A stretch of 62,960 bases of DNA, counting the filler, from Chiloscyllium plagiosum (Eukaryota), in assembly GCF_004010195.1 (NCBI RefSeq). It is 4 parts of one record of this genome, joined end to end, with 100 filler letters (N's around TTAATTAATTAA, not from the genome) between each part and the next. Parts side by side here need not be neighbours in the genome. Positions count along the whole stretch, not along the records: positions 34,438 to 50,810 come from NC_057712.1; positions 50,911 to 62,960 come from NC_057712.1; 2 more parts are not named here. The stretch is one strand, 5' to 3'. The notes below the pieces were generated by a model. It worked only from the letters and a program-made list of their open reading frames with translations, searched no databases and was not told where the DNA came from. Positions 50,641-62,417 of this stretch are shown here, piece by piece. The position numbers and the translations under genes were made by a program. The first letter of the stretch is position 1; each line of letters begins with the position of its first letter.

Positions 50641-51405
50641 AGAGTCACAGAGATGTACAGCACGGAAACAGACCCTTCGGTCCAATCCGTCCATGCCGAC
50701 CAGATATCCCAACCCAATCTAGTCCCACCTGCCAGCACCCGGCCCATATCCCTCCAAACCCTTCCTATTCATATACCCATCCAAATGCCTCTTAAATGTT
50801 GCAATTGTACNNNNNNNNNNNNNNNNNNNNNNNNNNNNNNNNNNNNNNNNNNNNTTAATTAATTAANNNNNNNNNNNNNNNNNNNNNNNNNNNNNNNNNN
50901 NNNNNNNNNNCCCCCAATTTCTTTAGTCATCCAGCATTCCCTATACCTATCAGCCTTCCCTTTCACCCTGACAGGAATATACTTTCTCTGGATTCTCATT
51001 ATCTAATTTCTGAAGGCTTCCTATTTTCCAGCCATCCCTTTACCTGCGAAAGTCTGCTCCCAATCAGCTTTCGAAAGTTCTTGCCTAATACCGTCAAAAT
51101 TAGCCTTCCTCCAATTTAGAACTTCAACTTTTAGATCTGGTCTATCATTTTCCATCACTATTTTAAATCTAATAGAATTATGGTCGCTGGCCCCAAAGTG
51201 CTCCCCCACTGACACCTCAGTCACCTGCCCTGCCTTATTTCCCAAGAGTAGGTCAAGTTTTGCACCTTCTCTAGTAGGTACATCCACATACTGAATCAGA
51301 AAATTGTCTTGTGCACACTTAACAAATTCCTCTCCATCTAAGCCCTTAACACTGTGGCTGTCCCAGTCTACGTTTGGAAAGTTAAAATCCCCTAGCATAA
51401 CCACT
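50641..51405 (-). mobile_element. CR1 pieces flanking a scaffold linker (3' tail 50641-50810; endonuclease 50911-51405)
   Basis: GDFNFPNVDW, PTREGAKLDLLLGN, GASDHN. Confidence 0.88.
50811..50910. other. Artificial scaffold linker 44N-TTAATTAATTAA-44N
   Basis: Same 100-nt structure; lies in a calpain intron with exon order preserved across it. Confidence 0.9.
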
Positions 51406-52049
51406 CTTTTCCAACCCATCCTGATGGAGTGCTGACAGCACTCATTTCTTCATGAAGATTGTAAGCTGTTGGGAGAACTGGATCCATTGTCAAAGGAAGG
51501 CACGATTTGTCGAAGAGTTTTGCCTTGCACTTATCAGGACACTTTGCAAGAATACTAGCAGAGGGCTCCCATTGAGAGTACTGATTGGTCATCAGGTGGA
51601 CTCTGTTTGGTCGAGACATTGTTGTGGAGAATGCACCCATTACTGCTGATTTGTGTTGTAACATGTCCTGATGAGTATAAGACAAAAACGCTTCATTAGG
51701 TGATGTCTCTTTTCAGTAAATGCAGAAGCTCTGTACACGCAAAGGATTGAACACTTGGTGAAATAGTTTGTGAAAGGAGAGGGTTTTGGCATTTCCAGTT
51801 GCAAATAATATCACCGTTCATCTTGTTCACTTCCAACCAACTGACTACATCTATAGAGTGAGCTACCTCTATCAGTGAGTCCACATTAGTCACAGACATT
51901 ATCTGAGGGTAGCTCCCAATGTTCAAAAGATTAGAAAACCATGGGCCAAAGTCCTCCTGAGCCTGTCACATTTACCACACCTCACATCTCAATGACCCAA
52001 ATACTACATTCGACCAAAATAAACCTTATCTCATTTTCGTTTCAATTAA

Positions 52050-53225
52050 TTAACACCATATTGAGGAGGGCAGTGCAGTTGATGTGATTTACGTGGACTT
52101 CAGTCAGACCTTTGACAAGATCCCCCATGGAAGGCTGGTCCAAGAAGTAAGAGCTATGGACCCAAGGCAAGGTGGCAAATTGGACACAAAATTGGTTTAC
52201 AAATAGGAGGCAAAGAGTGATGGTGGAGGGCTGTTTTGTGATGAGAAGCCTGTAACCAGTGATGTACCACAGGGCTCGGTGCTGGGACCTTGCTGTTTGC
52301 TATTTACATTAACCACTTGGATTTGATTATAGAAGGCACAATTGGTAAGTTTACAGATGACATGACAATTGCTGATAATGTGGAGGATGGTCTCAGGCCA
52401 CAATCTGATATTGAGCAGTTGTCAAACTGGACAAAGCAATGGCAGATGGAATTTAAGTGCAAGGTGATGCATTGTGGGAGGTTTAATAAGGGAAGGACAT
52501 ATACAATGAATGGTCGGTCCCTGAGGTGGACTGAGGGACAAAGGGACCTTGGTGTACAATCTATAGATCCCTGAGCGTGTTAGTATAGCCAGACAGGGTG
52601 GAGAAGGAGGCAGATGGGATGGCTGCCTTCATTAGCTGGGGGGACAATATAGGAACAAGGAAGTCTCGTTACACCTTCATACAACATTGGTTAGGTCACA
52701 CATGGAACACTGTGTGTAGTTCCGGTCACCACATTAACAGAAGGAGGTGATTGGGCTGGAGAGGGGGCAGTGGAGATTCCCCAGGACGTTCCCTGGGATG
52801 GAAAGTCTCCGTTATGAGGAGGGACTAGACTGGGACAGACTGGGATTGCTCTCCCTGGAGCAGAGGGGCTGGGAGTGGGGGATCTGATACAGCATGATGA
52901 GAGGTATAGACAGGGTAGACCATGAGAACATTTTCCCCATTGGCAGACATGTCTGAGCCCAGAGGGCATCAGTTCAGAGTGAGGAGTCAGTGGTTTAGAC
53001 GGGAGGTAAGGTATTTTCACCCAGAGGCTGGTTGGAAGATGGAAGGGGCTGCCTGAGAGGGTGGTGCAGGCAGGATCTCCCCACAACATTGGAAAAGCAC
53101 CTGGGTGAGCATTTCAAAAGCCTGGCATTGTAGGCCGTGGACCAAAGGCAGGTAAATGGGATCGATGTAGTCAGGTGTTTGTTGGTCAGCACAGAGATGG
53201 TCTGTGCTGTACTGACCTGTACTAA
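52050..53225 (+). mobile_element. Old degenerate CR1 RT to 3' part
   Basis: DFSQTFDKIPHG, PQGSVLG, KFTDD; many indels. Confidence 0.8.
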
Positions 53226-53458
53226 TTGTCGATGATTAGTGGAGTGGTCAGACAGATCGCGATCCTTTGTGTCTGTGCTGCCTCTTTGTACGTTTGTACC
53301 CTTCATTCTAAAGATTAAAACTTGCTACTTGAATAAGATAATCTGCTGTTACACACAAACAGGCACTTTTGACGTTCATTATCTCGAAATATTGCACCTT
53401 CCCTGAGCCCCTCCCTCCATCCCATTGTGCCACAATGTGAAGGCATCAGCTCAGGTTA

Positions 53459-53573
53459 CCTGTACATTAGTGAGTGACGATGATGGGCATTAACCAGGGA
53501 CTCACCGTGCTCCTGTACATTAGTGAGTGACGGTGATGGGCATTAACTAGGGATTCACTGTGCTCCTGTACAT
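53459..53573. repeat. 53-bp tandem repeat, about 2.2 copies
   Basis: cctgtacat at 53459, 53512 and 53565. Confidence 0.85.
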
Positions 53574-53603
53574 ACTGACACTGAGTGTTACTGGTTGAGG
53601 AAC

Positions 53604-54452
53604 ATTCTGGTCTCCCTCCTATAGGAATGATGTTGTGAAACTTGAAAGGGTTCAGAAAAGATTTACAAGGATGTTGCCAGGGTTGGAGGGTTTGAGCTAC
53701 AGGGAGAGGCTGAACAGGCTGGGGCTGTTTTCCCTGGAGCGTCGGAGGCTGAGGGGTGACCTTATAGAGGTTTACAAAATTATGAGGGGTGTGGATAGGA
53801 TGAATAGGCAAAATCTTTTGTCTGGGGTCAGGGAGTCCAGAACTAGAGGGCATAGGTTAAGGGTGAGAGGGGAAAGATACAAAAGAGACCTAAGGGGCAA
53901 CTTTTTCACACAGATGGTGGTGTGTGGATGGAATGAGCTGCCAGAGGAATTGGTGGAGGCTGGTACAATTGCAACATTTGTGGGCGGCACGGTGGCACAG
54001 TGGTTAGCACTGTTGCCTCACAGCGCCAGAGACCCGGGTTCAATTCCCGCCTCAGGTGACTGACTGTGTGGAGTTTGCATATTCTCCCCATGTCTGCGTG
54101 GGTTTCCTCCGGGTGCTCCGGTTTCCTCCCACAGTCCAAAGATGTGCAGGTCAGGTGAACTGACCATGTTAAATTGCCCGTAGTGTTAGGTAATGGGTAA
54201 ATGTAGGGGTAGGGGTGGGTTGCGCTTTGGCGGGTCGGTGTGGACTTGTTGGGTCGAAGGACCTGTTTCCACACTGTAATCTAAACTAATCTAAAAAAAA
54301 GGCATCTGGATGGGTATATGAACAGGAAGGGTTTGGAGGGATATGGGCCGGGTGCTGGCAGGTGGGACTAGATTGGGTTGGGATATCTGGTCGGCATGGA
54401 CGGGTTGGACCGAAGGATCTATTTCCATGCTGTACATCTCTATGACTCTATG
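53604..54452 (+). mobile_element. CR1 3' part with a full-length HE1-like V-SINE nested at about 53982-54292
   Basis: LERVQKRFTRMLPG...; the CR1 is interrupted at gcaacattt and resumes at aaaaggcatctgg; SINE ends in (taatc)-type repeats. Confidence 0.9.
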
Positions 54453-54956
54453 TCTGGGGTGGTAATAATGCATGTCTTTATTGGTATCAGATTACAAGTT
54501 TGTAAACGTTTGGATGTGTAACAATTAGATTTCAGATATATCCTCCTGGTTACTGAGAACCCAGGCCAGGCTGCCCCATTAGCTTCACTCCCTGATCTCG
54601 TCCTGAGCTCAGTCAGGGTGAAGCCCAGTTGTCCTCAGTAAACTGGGTTGGCAAAGGGGCCCCTGGCTGACATCCCGTCATTTCTGCCAAATGTGGGTGG
54701 CTTGCTGGGTGAGGGCAGTGTCAAAGTAATTCTCTTCACTCCCACTACTGTGCCCCTCCCCTTCCCCCTTGGCACAGTCATGAGAAGCTGGGAGAACATC
54801 AGGGGAAAAGCTGTCATTGCCCACCCAGTCTCGCCCCTTGGCAGTGACTGACCCTCAGTGACCCTCGGAGGGCACACTGCTGGCTGGGCAGCAGGCAGAC
54901 CGAGACTAAAGCTCTGCCTCTCCAACCTGACCCCCTTCCCATGATCCATCACTTAC

Positions 54957-55093
54957 TTGGCATAGGCCTTCTCCATCAGAGCACACCAGAACTCGTTCCA
55001 GTCACATGACCTGACGAAAATCAGCTGTCCCCTCTCATCGGTGGGAAGGAGATCATCGACTACAACATCCACCCATTCACCGAAATGCCAGAA
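54957..55093 (-). CDS. CAPN14: Calpain exon: [46 protein letters not shown]
   Basis: ttgcag acceptor, gtaagt donor; 137 nt, phase 0->2. Classic FW..G.WV.V.VDD.LP and EFW.AL.EKAYAK motifs; absent from the ORF track. Confidence 0.96.
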
Positions 55094-56607
55094 CTGCAAT
55101 CAGAGAGAATAACAGGTCAATTTTTGCTGCTGTTTACCTATTATTTACTATCCATGCTACTTAACTCTGTGATCTGCCTGTATTGTTCGCAAGACAAAAC
55201 CTTTCACTGTACACGTGAAAATAAATTCAATTCAGTTCAAATCAATTCAATATGGCTGTTCCTGTATCTCAACGCCATGTCCCCATAACCCTTCCAAATC
55301 TGAAATTGTAGCGAGGTCTTACTTGTCTTGGTCTCCTGTGGTAGAGAATTCCACACATTTCACTGCCTGTTGACTGCAGAAACTTTCCTCATCTCTGTCT
55401 GATGCGGCCTACCCTGCACCCTGAGTGTTTCCTGGTTTTAAACTCTTCCCACCCAGGGGAAACATCCCCCCTGCACCGGGTCTATCCAAACCTGTGGGCA
55501 TTTTTGTACATGTCAATCAGGTCCCCCTTCTCATTGTCCTCAACTCTTGGAGAGTACCGGGCCAATCAATCGAAATTCTTCTCATAGGACGGCCTTGCCA
55601 TGCCTGGGATTAGCTGAGTGAGCCTCTGCTCCTATTGACCCGAGTATATTCTTTGTTTGGAAATAAATATGCAATCCTCTGCTCGTGTCTTTCATTGAGA
55701 CTATTGGCAAGTCCTTCCTTCTCCAGGTGCGCCATGATAAAGGGCAGCAGCCAGGGGACCCTGTCATTTCAGGCTGGGATTTTAGAGCTTCCTCCTGCTC
55801 TGTTACACCTTGGTCTTCTGCTCTTTTCTCCCCATCACCTCCCCTCTCTGGGTTGTGTTCACCTCAAATCACTTGGGGAAAATGGAAGTGAGAATGTCAG
55901 TGGCTCAGCTCGCCAGCAGCCTGAAGCTGGGTTCACTCAGATTCACCTCTGAACCATTATCAGAGGTACTGCTTCCAGGAGGTGTTAAATTGGGAGTTCT
56001 CCCGGAATCCCACCTACTTGTAGAGTCATAGAGAAACAGACCCTTCGGTCCAACCCGTCCATGCTGACCAGATATCCCAACCCAATCTAGTCTCACCTAC
56101 CAGCACCCGGCCCATATCCCTCCAAACACTTCCGATTCATATACCCATCTAAATGTCCCTTAAGTGTTGCAATTGTACATTATTGATTAAAGCTGGTTTC
56201 TTCTTGTGGGAGCTTGCTGTGCTCAGGGGCTTCCTACTGTGCACCAGTGACCAAATTCCAAGGGCATTTAATTAGCTGCAAAATTAGCTGTGGGATGGCC
56301 TGAATGTGTGAGAGGTGCAATATAAATGCACCTCTTGCTCTATTTCATTTTGCCATGAAACTGTAATGTCTGTTATTCACCTGGGAGGGGATGGCTGCTG
56401 TTCGAGTCTCTCTCACACACACCAGTAAAAACAAGGCCATGTGTGTTAGGGAGGTTGAACACAGATCAGTCACCCAGCCACAGTGTAATGCAGGCCAGCA
56501 TTTCCTCTTCACAAGCTGGCCAGTAATCTGGTGGGATAACTCCCTGGTCTTTGATCGTCCCTGGTATTATGTGGATGGAGATTGAAGTCTGTTCCAGTTG
56601 TTATTAT

Positions 56608-56826
56608 TTGGAGGTGCCGGTGTTGGACTGGGGTGGATAAAGTTAAAAATCACACACCACCACACTATAGTCCAACCAGTTTCGTTGGAAGCACTAGCTT
56701 TCGGAGCGCTGCTCCTTCATCAGGTGGTTGTGGAGTATAAGATCGTAGGACACAGAATTTATAGCAAGCGTTTACAGTGTGATGTGACTGAAATTGTATA
56801 TTGAAAAAGATCTGGATTGTTTGTTA
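56608..56826 (-). mobile_element. Penelope-derived repeat (AGCT-hammerhead family)
   Basis: Shares tggaggtgcc..gttggactgggg..gttaaaaatcacac.. with 26392-26500, 11970-12058 and (reversed) 58709-58822. Confidence 0.7.
56692..56726 (-). ncRNA. Minimal type-I hammerhead ribozyme motif (Penelope-associated, AGCT stem-III family), intact core
   Basis: Minus strand reads cac CTGATGA a GGAGC agc GCTCC GAAA gc TA gtg: stem I cac/gtg, 5-bp stem II, palindromic AGCT stem III. Confidence 0.8.
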
Positions 56827-57924
56827 TTAACCTTATCTCATACAGTACTATCCCTCTCATACTGTCTACTGCCATTATACACTTTTCACTGTACTCCCAT
56901 TCTTGTGTAATTTGAGTGCAAGTAACAATAAATTTAATTCTAATCATAACTTGTGTGCCTCAAACATTTCATTCTCTTGCTGTACAATCTCTCCCTCCAC
57001 TCTCCCTGGAACTGAGCCTCACAGCGTTTTGTCTGATTGATCCCCAGGACCTGTCCATCTGTCTCAGAACCCCCTTCATTTCTCCCCTCCAGAGGCCTCT
57101 CACCTTCGGGAACGAGCACTTCCTTCTCACGCAGACTGCCTATTATACCATGGAACTTGGACTCTCAGTCCTAAACGATCCGTATCCAAAGTAACCAAGA
57201 TAAATAAATCACGTTTGCCCTTTCTGCTGAAGGTGTGACTGCGAACTCACTGTTTACTTTCCCTGAAGGTCTGTTATCAACGCGTTGCGAAACACCAACA
57301 CAATCCTGCTCAGTTGAATGGTTTGTTTGAATGACTGATTTAAGCCATGCAAAGCTTGTGATTTTTATCTGTGTATTGTCATTATTTGACAAGTTCATAC
57401 CATAGAGCTCTGTAAAATAAATGTCAAAGTCTCTTCATGTGCAAATACTACACTGAAGTTCAAGGAATTAAAGGCCACATATAGCCCTGAGCCTACTCTA
57501 TCAATCTGAATATCAATTTTAATCTGTACTGTCACTCCATCATCCTGAATATCAATGCTAACTTGGGCTGTCACTCCATCATCTCTGAGAGAAATGTATT
57601 GTTGGGGAGAGTTGTAGTTTATCAATTGGAAACAACAGTACAGAGTGTTGGTGAGGCCACACCTGGATTACTGCGACCAGTTTTCACCCCTGTATTTACG
57701 AGAGGATATACTGCATTCAGTTATGAGACCCTCTGAGAGTCTCAGATAAGTGTAAACATTAGTATTGTATGTATAAGGGAGGTCTTTGGTTTGTTAGATA
57801 GAATCAATTCCAATGTTTTGTTAAAAAAAACCTAAAGAATTGCGGTTGCGGTAAATCAGAGACAAAATCAGAAATTGCTGGAAAAGCTCAGCAGGTCAGG
57901 CACGTCAGTGGAGAGAGTTCTCCA

Positions 57925-57960
57925 GTTCTGAGGAAGGGTCAAACGACCCGAAATGTTAAC
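57925..57960 (+). ncRNA. Hammerhead ribozyme motif, third family (GGGTC/GACCC stem II)
   Basis: gtt CTGAGGA a GGGTC aaac GACCC GAAA tg TT aac; stem I gtt/aac; stem III shows CpG decay (ACGT->ATGT). Confidence 0.65.
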
Positions 57961-58708
57961 GCTGATGTCTCTCCACAGATGCTGCCAGACCTGCTGAGCT
58001 TTTCCAGCAACTTCTGTTGTTGTCAGTGTTTTGTTTGTTTACTTGATATGAACTGCATTGGTGACTATTCTTGTATACAAAGAGTTGTTTTTATGAATAA
58101 AGTATACTTTTGAAAGTTAAAAAAAGCAGTTTGAAAGAAAATCATTTATACTGAGTCCTGGGACCAAGGGGTTGCCTTATTAAGAATATTCAACAGGTTA
58201 GGCTTTTATTCATTCATGTTCAGAAGAATGAGGGATGACCTTATTGAATCATCCAAGATTCTGAGTGGGTTTGACAGGAAAGATGTTGAGTCAAGATTAG
58301 AGTGGTGCTGGAAAAGCACAGCAGGTCAGGCAGCATCCGAGGAGCAGGAAAAATCGACGTTTCGGATAAAAGCCCATCATCAGTGTTTTGCCTTGTTCGG
58401 GAGTGTTGAATTAACGTTCGCACAGAATAAGGAACTTACATTAAAACTGAGGTGAGGGAAATCTCTGCTTCCAGATGGCAGCATCCTCCAACCCATAGAG
58501 TTGTGAAGGTGAGATCTCAGGAAGTATTTAACAAGGAGATCAGTAGATTCCTGAAATATCGGTGGTTTGATGGCCACGAGAGGTTGGTATGAAAGAGGTT
58601 GAGGCCTTGGACAGATCAGCCATAATCTTGTTGAATGATAGGGTAGGCTTGATGAGCCAAATGGCCTACCCTTGTCCCTATTTCTTATGATCTTCCCCCA
58701 CTAGTTTC

Positions 58709-58740
58709 CTGATGAAGGAGAGACACTCCGAAAGCTAGTG
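58709..58740 (+). ncRNA. Hammerhead ribozyme motif (AGCT family), 5'-truncated
   Basis: CTGATGA a GGAG agaca CTCC GAAA gc TA gtg; 5' arm of stem I lost. Confidence 0.6.
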
Positions 58741-60732
58741 CTTCCAAATAAACCTGTTGGACTATAACCTGGTGTTGGGTGAGTTTTAGCTTTGTCCACC
58801 CCAGTCCAACACCGGTTCCTCTACAACATGTCTATTTCTGATGTTCTTCTACTTTCTGCTTTCACGATTGAAAAGCCTCACTCCAATCTGAATATTTGAT
58901 TTCCTGGTTCTGGTCTCCGCCATCAGCGCAGTTACTTTCTCTGTATCTGTCATTTCCTTGCCCTACTGCATTTTCCTTCTAGGAACGAACCTTCGTAAAC
59001 TCCATATAATCTTGTCGAAGCTTGGAAACTCTCCAAGGTCAATACAATATATCCTTGCTGACGTTGGCTGACCACCATGAAATGTTATCCTACAACTGCT
59101 GACTCAACACCATCGACAGAACCAAAACAAAAACTTCCTCCCCTTCGTGTACCAGCCTGCTTTGGCTAAACACCAACATTCCACGGGCTACTCGAGTCAC
59201 TGTCTGTGCCTAACCGCTAGTTTCTAACAATTTGCAAACAAAAGATCCGCATTTCTCCCTTATTCTCCTAGTTCCTCAACATTTGGGAAATGACCCCCAT
59301 TTGTGTCTGATCCAAAGTCAACAATCTCACATGGCCCTGGTTTGAACGCTGTCAGAGTTTTATCAATGTCACATATTCTGTCCACATTCCATTGTAAATC
59401 CTGCTCTGTAACACTTACTGTATTCTGTAATCTTTGCAATCTCGCTCGTTGTCCAAGTCATTAACTTTTTAACGGACAGCTAAGACTCCAGCAGAGATCC
59501 CAACCACCACTGCTCCCCTTCACCTCCAACTCCAGCTTTCAACATGTCCAGCCATTTTCTACTTTTTTGCTGATGCTCTCCCATGTGGAACTTAATAAAA
59601 TGTCTTTCAGAAGCCCATGTCGGTGACACCCATAGGCTTCCTGGTCTTCCACAGTTAGAGAGCTCCTTAAAACATTCACCGAGTCAAACATGAATTATTC
59701 TGCACAGTCTGCACTGACTCTCTGGAGTCTGAACTTTCCAGATGAAATCATTAACTCTATTTCTCTCTCCACTGTTGGTACCAGATACTTGGTGAATCTG
59801 TCTGCTTTGATTTCTGACTGTCTCTGTTCACGTTTGTTCATATTGGAAAGTGAGGTAGTGGCAATATCTCTGAGCTAGTAACCCAGAATACTGCAGGCCG
59901 ACGTGGATTCAGATCACACTACAGCAGGTAGCAAAATTTGAATTAAATTTTGTTTAAAAATCTAGATTTATAAACTGGCCTAATCGTAACCATATTATAA
60001 ATGACGTGCTTGATTGTAATCCAGAACACGAGATTAATGCTCTGAGGGCATTGGTTCAGATGGTGAATTTTGAATTCAAGATAAATCTGGAATAAAACAA
60101 ATTTCATGATGACCATGTAAGTATAAAACCCATTTGGTTCACTAATGCCCTTCGGAGAATGTAATCAGCCAACCTTACGTGGTCTGGCCTACATGTGACT
60201 CCAGACCCACATCAATGTAACTCCAGACTCTGCCTTTGGGGCAATTAAGGATGGGCAAGGAATGTTGATCCAACCACTAACACCCACGCCCGCATGAACA
60301 GTCTTTTAAGATTCCCTTTAGTGAGGGAAATCTGCTGCGCTGACCTGGTCTGGCCTACATGTGGCTTCAGACTCCCAGCCAATGTGATTGCTCCTGACTA
60401 CCCTCAGGGGAATAATACTCCAAATGTGCTCTGACCAGAGCCTTATACAGCCTCAGAGGTACATCCCTGCTTTTATATTCACGTCCTCTCAAAATAAATG
60501 CCATCATTGTATTTGCCTTCCAAACTACTGTCTCAACCTGCCAGTTTACCTTGCAACAGTCCTGGACTAGAACTCCCAAGCCTCTTTGCACTTCAGATTT
60601 CTGAATTTTCTCCCCAGTTAGAAAATTGTTTTCTCTCTCTGGGACATTATATAGCGATAGTGGGGTATACACACATATATAGGACACAGCAATTAGTGGG
60701 ATCTTATGACAAATATATTACAAAGTAACATG

Positions 60733-61021
60733 GAATCATTGAATCCCTCCAGTGTGGATGGAAGTGGGCCATTCAGCCCATCAATTCCACACTGATCCTC
60801 CGAAGGGCATCCCACCCAGACCCACCCACCTACCTAATCGCTGTAACCCCATATTTCCCATGGCTAATTCACCTAACCTGCACATCTTTGGATTGTGGGA
60901 GGAAACCAGCGCAAACTTATGCAGACACAGGGAGAATGTGCAAGCTCCACGCAGACAGTCGCCCGAGGCTGGAATCGAACCTGGGACCCCGTGAGGCAGC
61001 AGTGCTAACCACTGAGCCACC
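60733..61021 (-). mobile_element. HE1-like V-SINE
   Basis: V-domain and tRNA head, 190 nt from a calpain donor site. Confidence 0.85.
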
Positions 61022-61206
61022 TACAGTCAGGTAGGAATACAAATATATTACATTGCAACAGCAGGATATAGCTGGAGACACATTACATAGCAATATATTA
61101 CGGTGAAACAATAGAGTATAGATGCAAATACACGACAGCAACAGTGCTGTTATTTACAGAGTAACAGTGGACTGTATGAACAGACACATCACCCCGTGAT
61201 ACTGAC

Positions 61207-61325
61207 CCGGAAGTGAAAAATGCCGCAATAATTTCGTTGGAAGTCTTGATTAGGTGGCACCACATGAGCAAAAAGATCCCGTTCCATTGTCAGGGAGGAC
61301 AATGCAGCCAGAAACCAGCAGTCTC
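61207..61325 (-). CDS. CAPN14: Calpain (CAPN14-like) internal exon carrying the catalytic Cys: (G)DCWFLAALSSLTMERDLFAHVVPPNQDFQRNYCGIFHFR
   Basis: Acceptor tttctccag and donor gtcagt; 119 nt, phase 1->0. GDCWFLAA and GIFHFR are hallmark calpain CysPc motifs. Paralogue call comes from downstream exons (GQISEALVDFTGG, MQDFK..F..LVIC.LTP), which resemble CAPN14 as I recall it; not verified by search. Confidence 0.95.
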
Positions 61326-61674
61326 CTGGAGAAAAAGGAACAATGCCACCAGTGTTAGAGACAGTCTCCCATCCTCCCACCAACCTGGTGCAGTCTCTGC
61401 CACCCACAATCCATGTTACTGTGCAGATTTGTTAGTGCTACTGGGGCCTTACAAAATGCACCAGACCCAGGGTGTATCTGGGACAGGGTGTAAGCAGATG
61501 GGTTTGGTTAGTGAGGGACTGCCCCTTCCCTTTCCCAACCCCATCAGCATCCAGGTACAGTTGGAAATTAATTACAAAAATAAATGAATGCTGACATAAT
61601 AAAGATGGTAGGAGAGGTGGTGTGTTGTGACTGCAGGAGATGGGAGCTCCTGGACACTAGCTTAATCCAGCACG

Positions 61675-62400
61675 AACATAAGGCCATAATATGTAGGAGC
61701 TGAACGAGGCCATTCAGCCCATTGTGTCTGCTGTGCCATTCAATGGGATCACGGCTGATCTGATTATCCTGAGCTCTACTTTCCTGCCTTTCCCCCAGAC
61801 ACTCTCGATTCTCTCACTGATTAAAAATCTGTCTACCTCAGCCTTGAACATATCGAATGACTCGGCCTCTGCAGCCCTCAGCAGTACAGAATCCACAGAT
61901 TCACTATTCACTGAGGGAAAAACATTCCTCCTCATCTCCATCTTAAATGTGTGACCCCCTTATTCTGAGACGATGCACTCTGGTCCCAGGCTCTCCCACA
62001 ATGGGAAACAACTTTTCAATATCTATCCTGTCATGTCCCCTCGAAATCTTGTGTGTTTTAATAAGGTTGCCTCTCAGTTAGCGAAATTCCAAAAAGTACA
62101 GGCCCAACCTACTCAACCTCTCCTCATAACACAGTCCCTCCATATGTGATATCGGTCTGGTGAACCTTCTCTGGACTGTCGCCAATGCCGGTATAGCCTA
62201 CCTTAGATAATGGGGCCCAAACTGATCACAGTTACCCGGCTGGTGTCTGATTAATGCCATGTTTTACTTTTATACTCCAATCCCTTTGAAATAAAGGCCA
62301 ACATCTCATTTGCCTTCTCTTTTACCCACTGAACTTGGAGGCTTTTTGAGATTTAGGCACGAGGACTCCCATAGCTTTGTGCAGTCTTTCCCCGTGTAAG
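61675..62400 (-). mobile_element. CR1 3' part
   Basis: EMRRNVF..., FKAEVDRFL; aacataaggccataa tail. Confidence 0.75.
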
Positions 62401-62417
62401 TAATGTTCATCTCCTCT

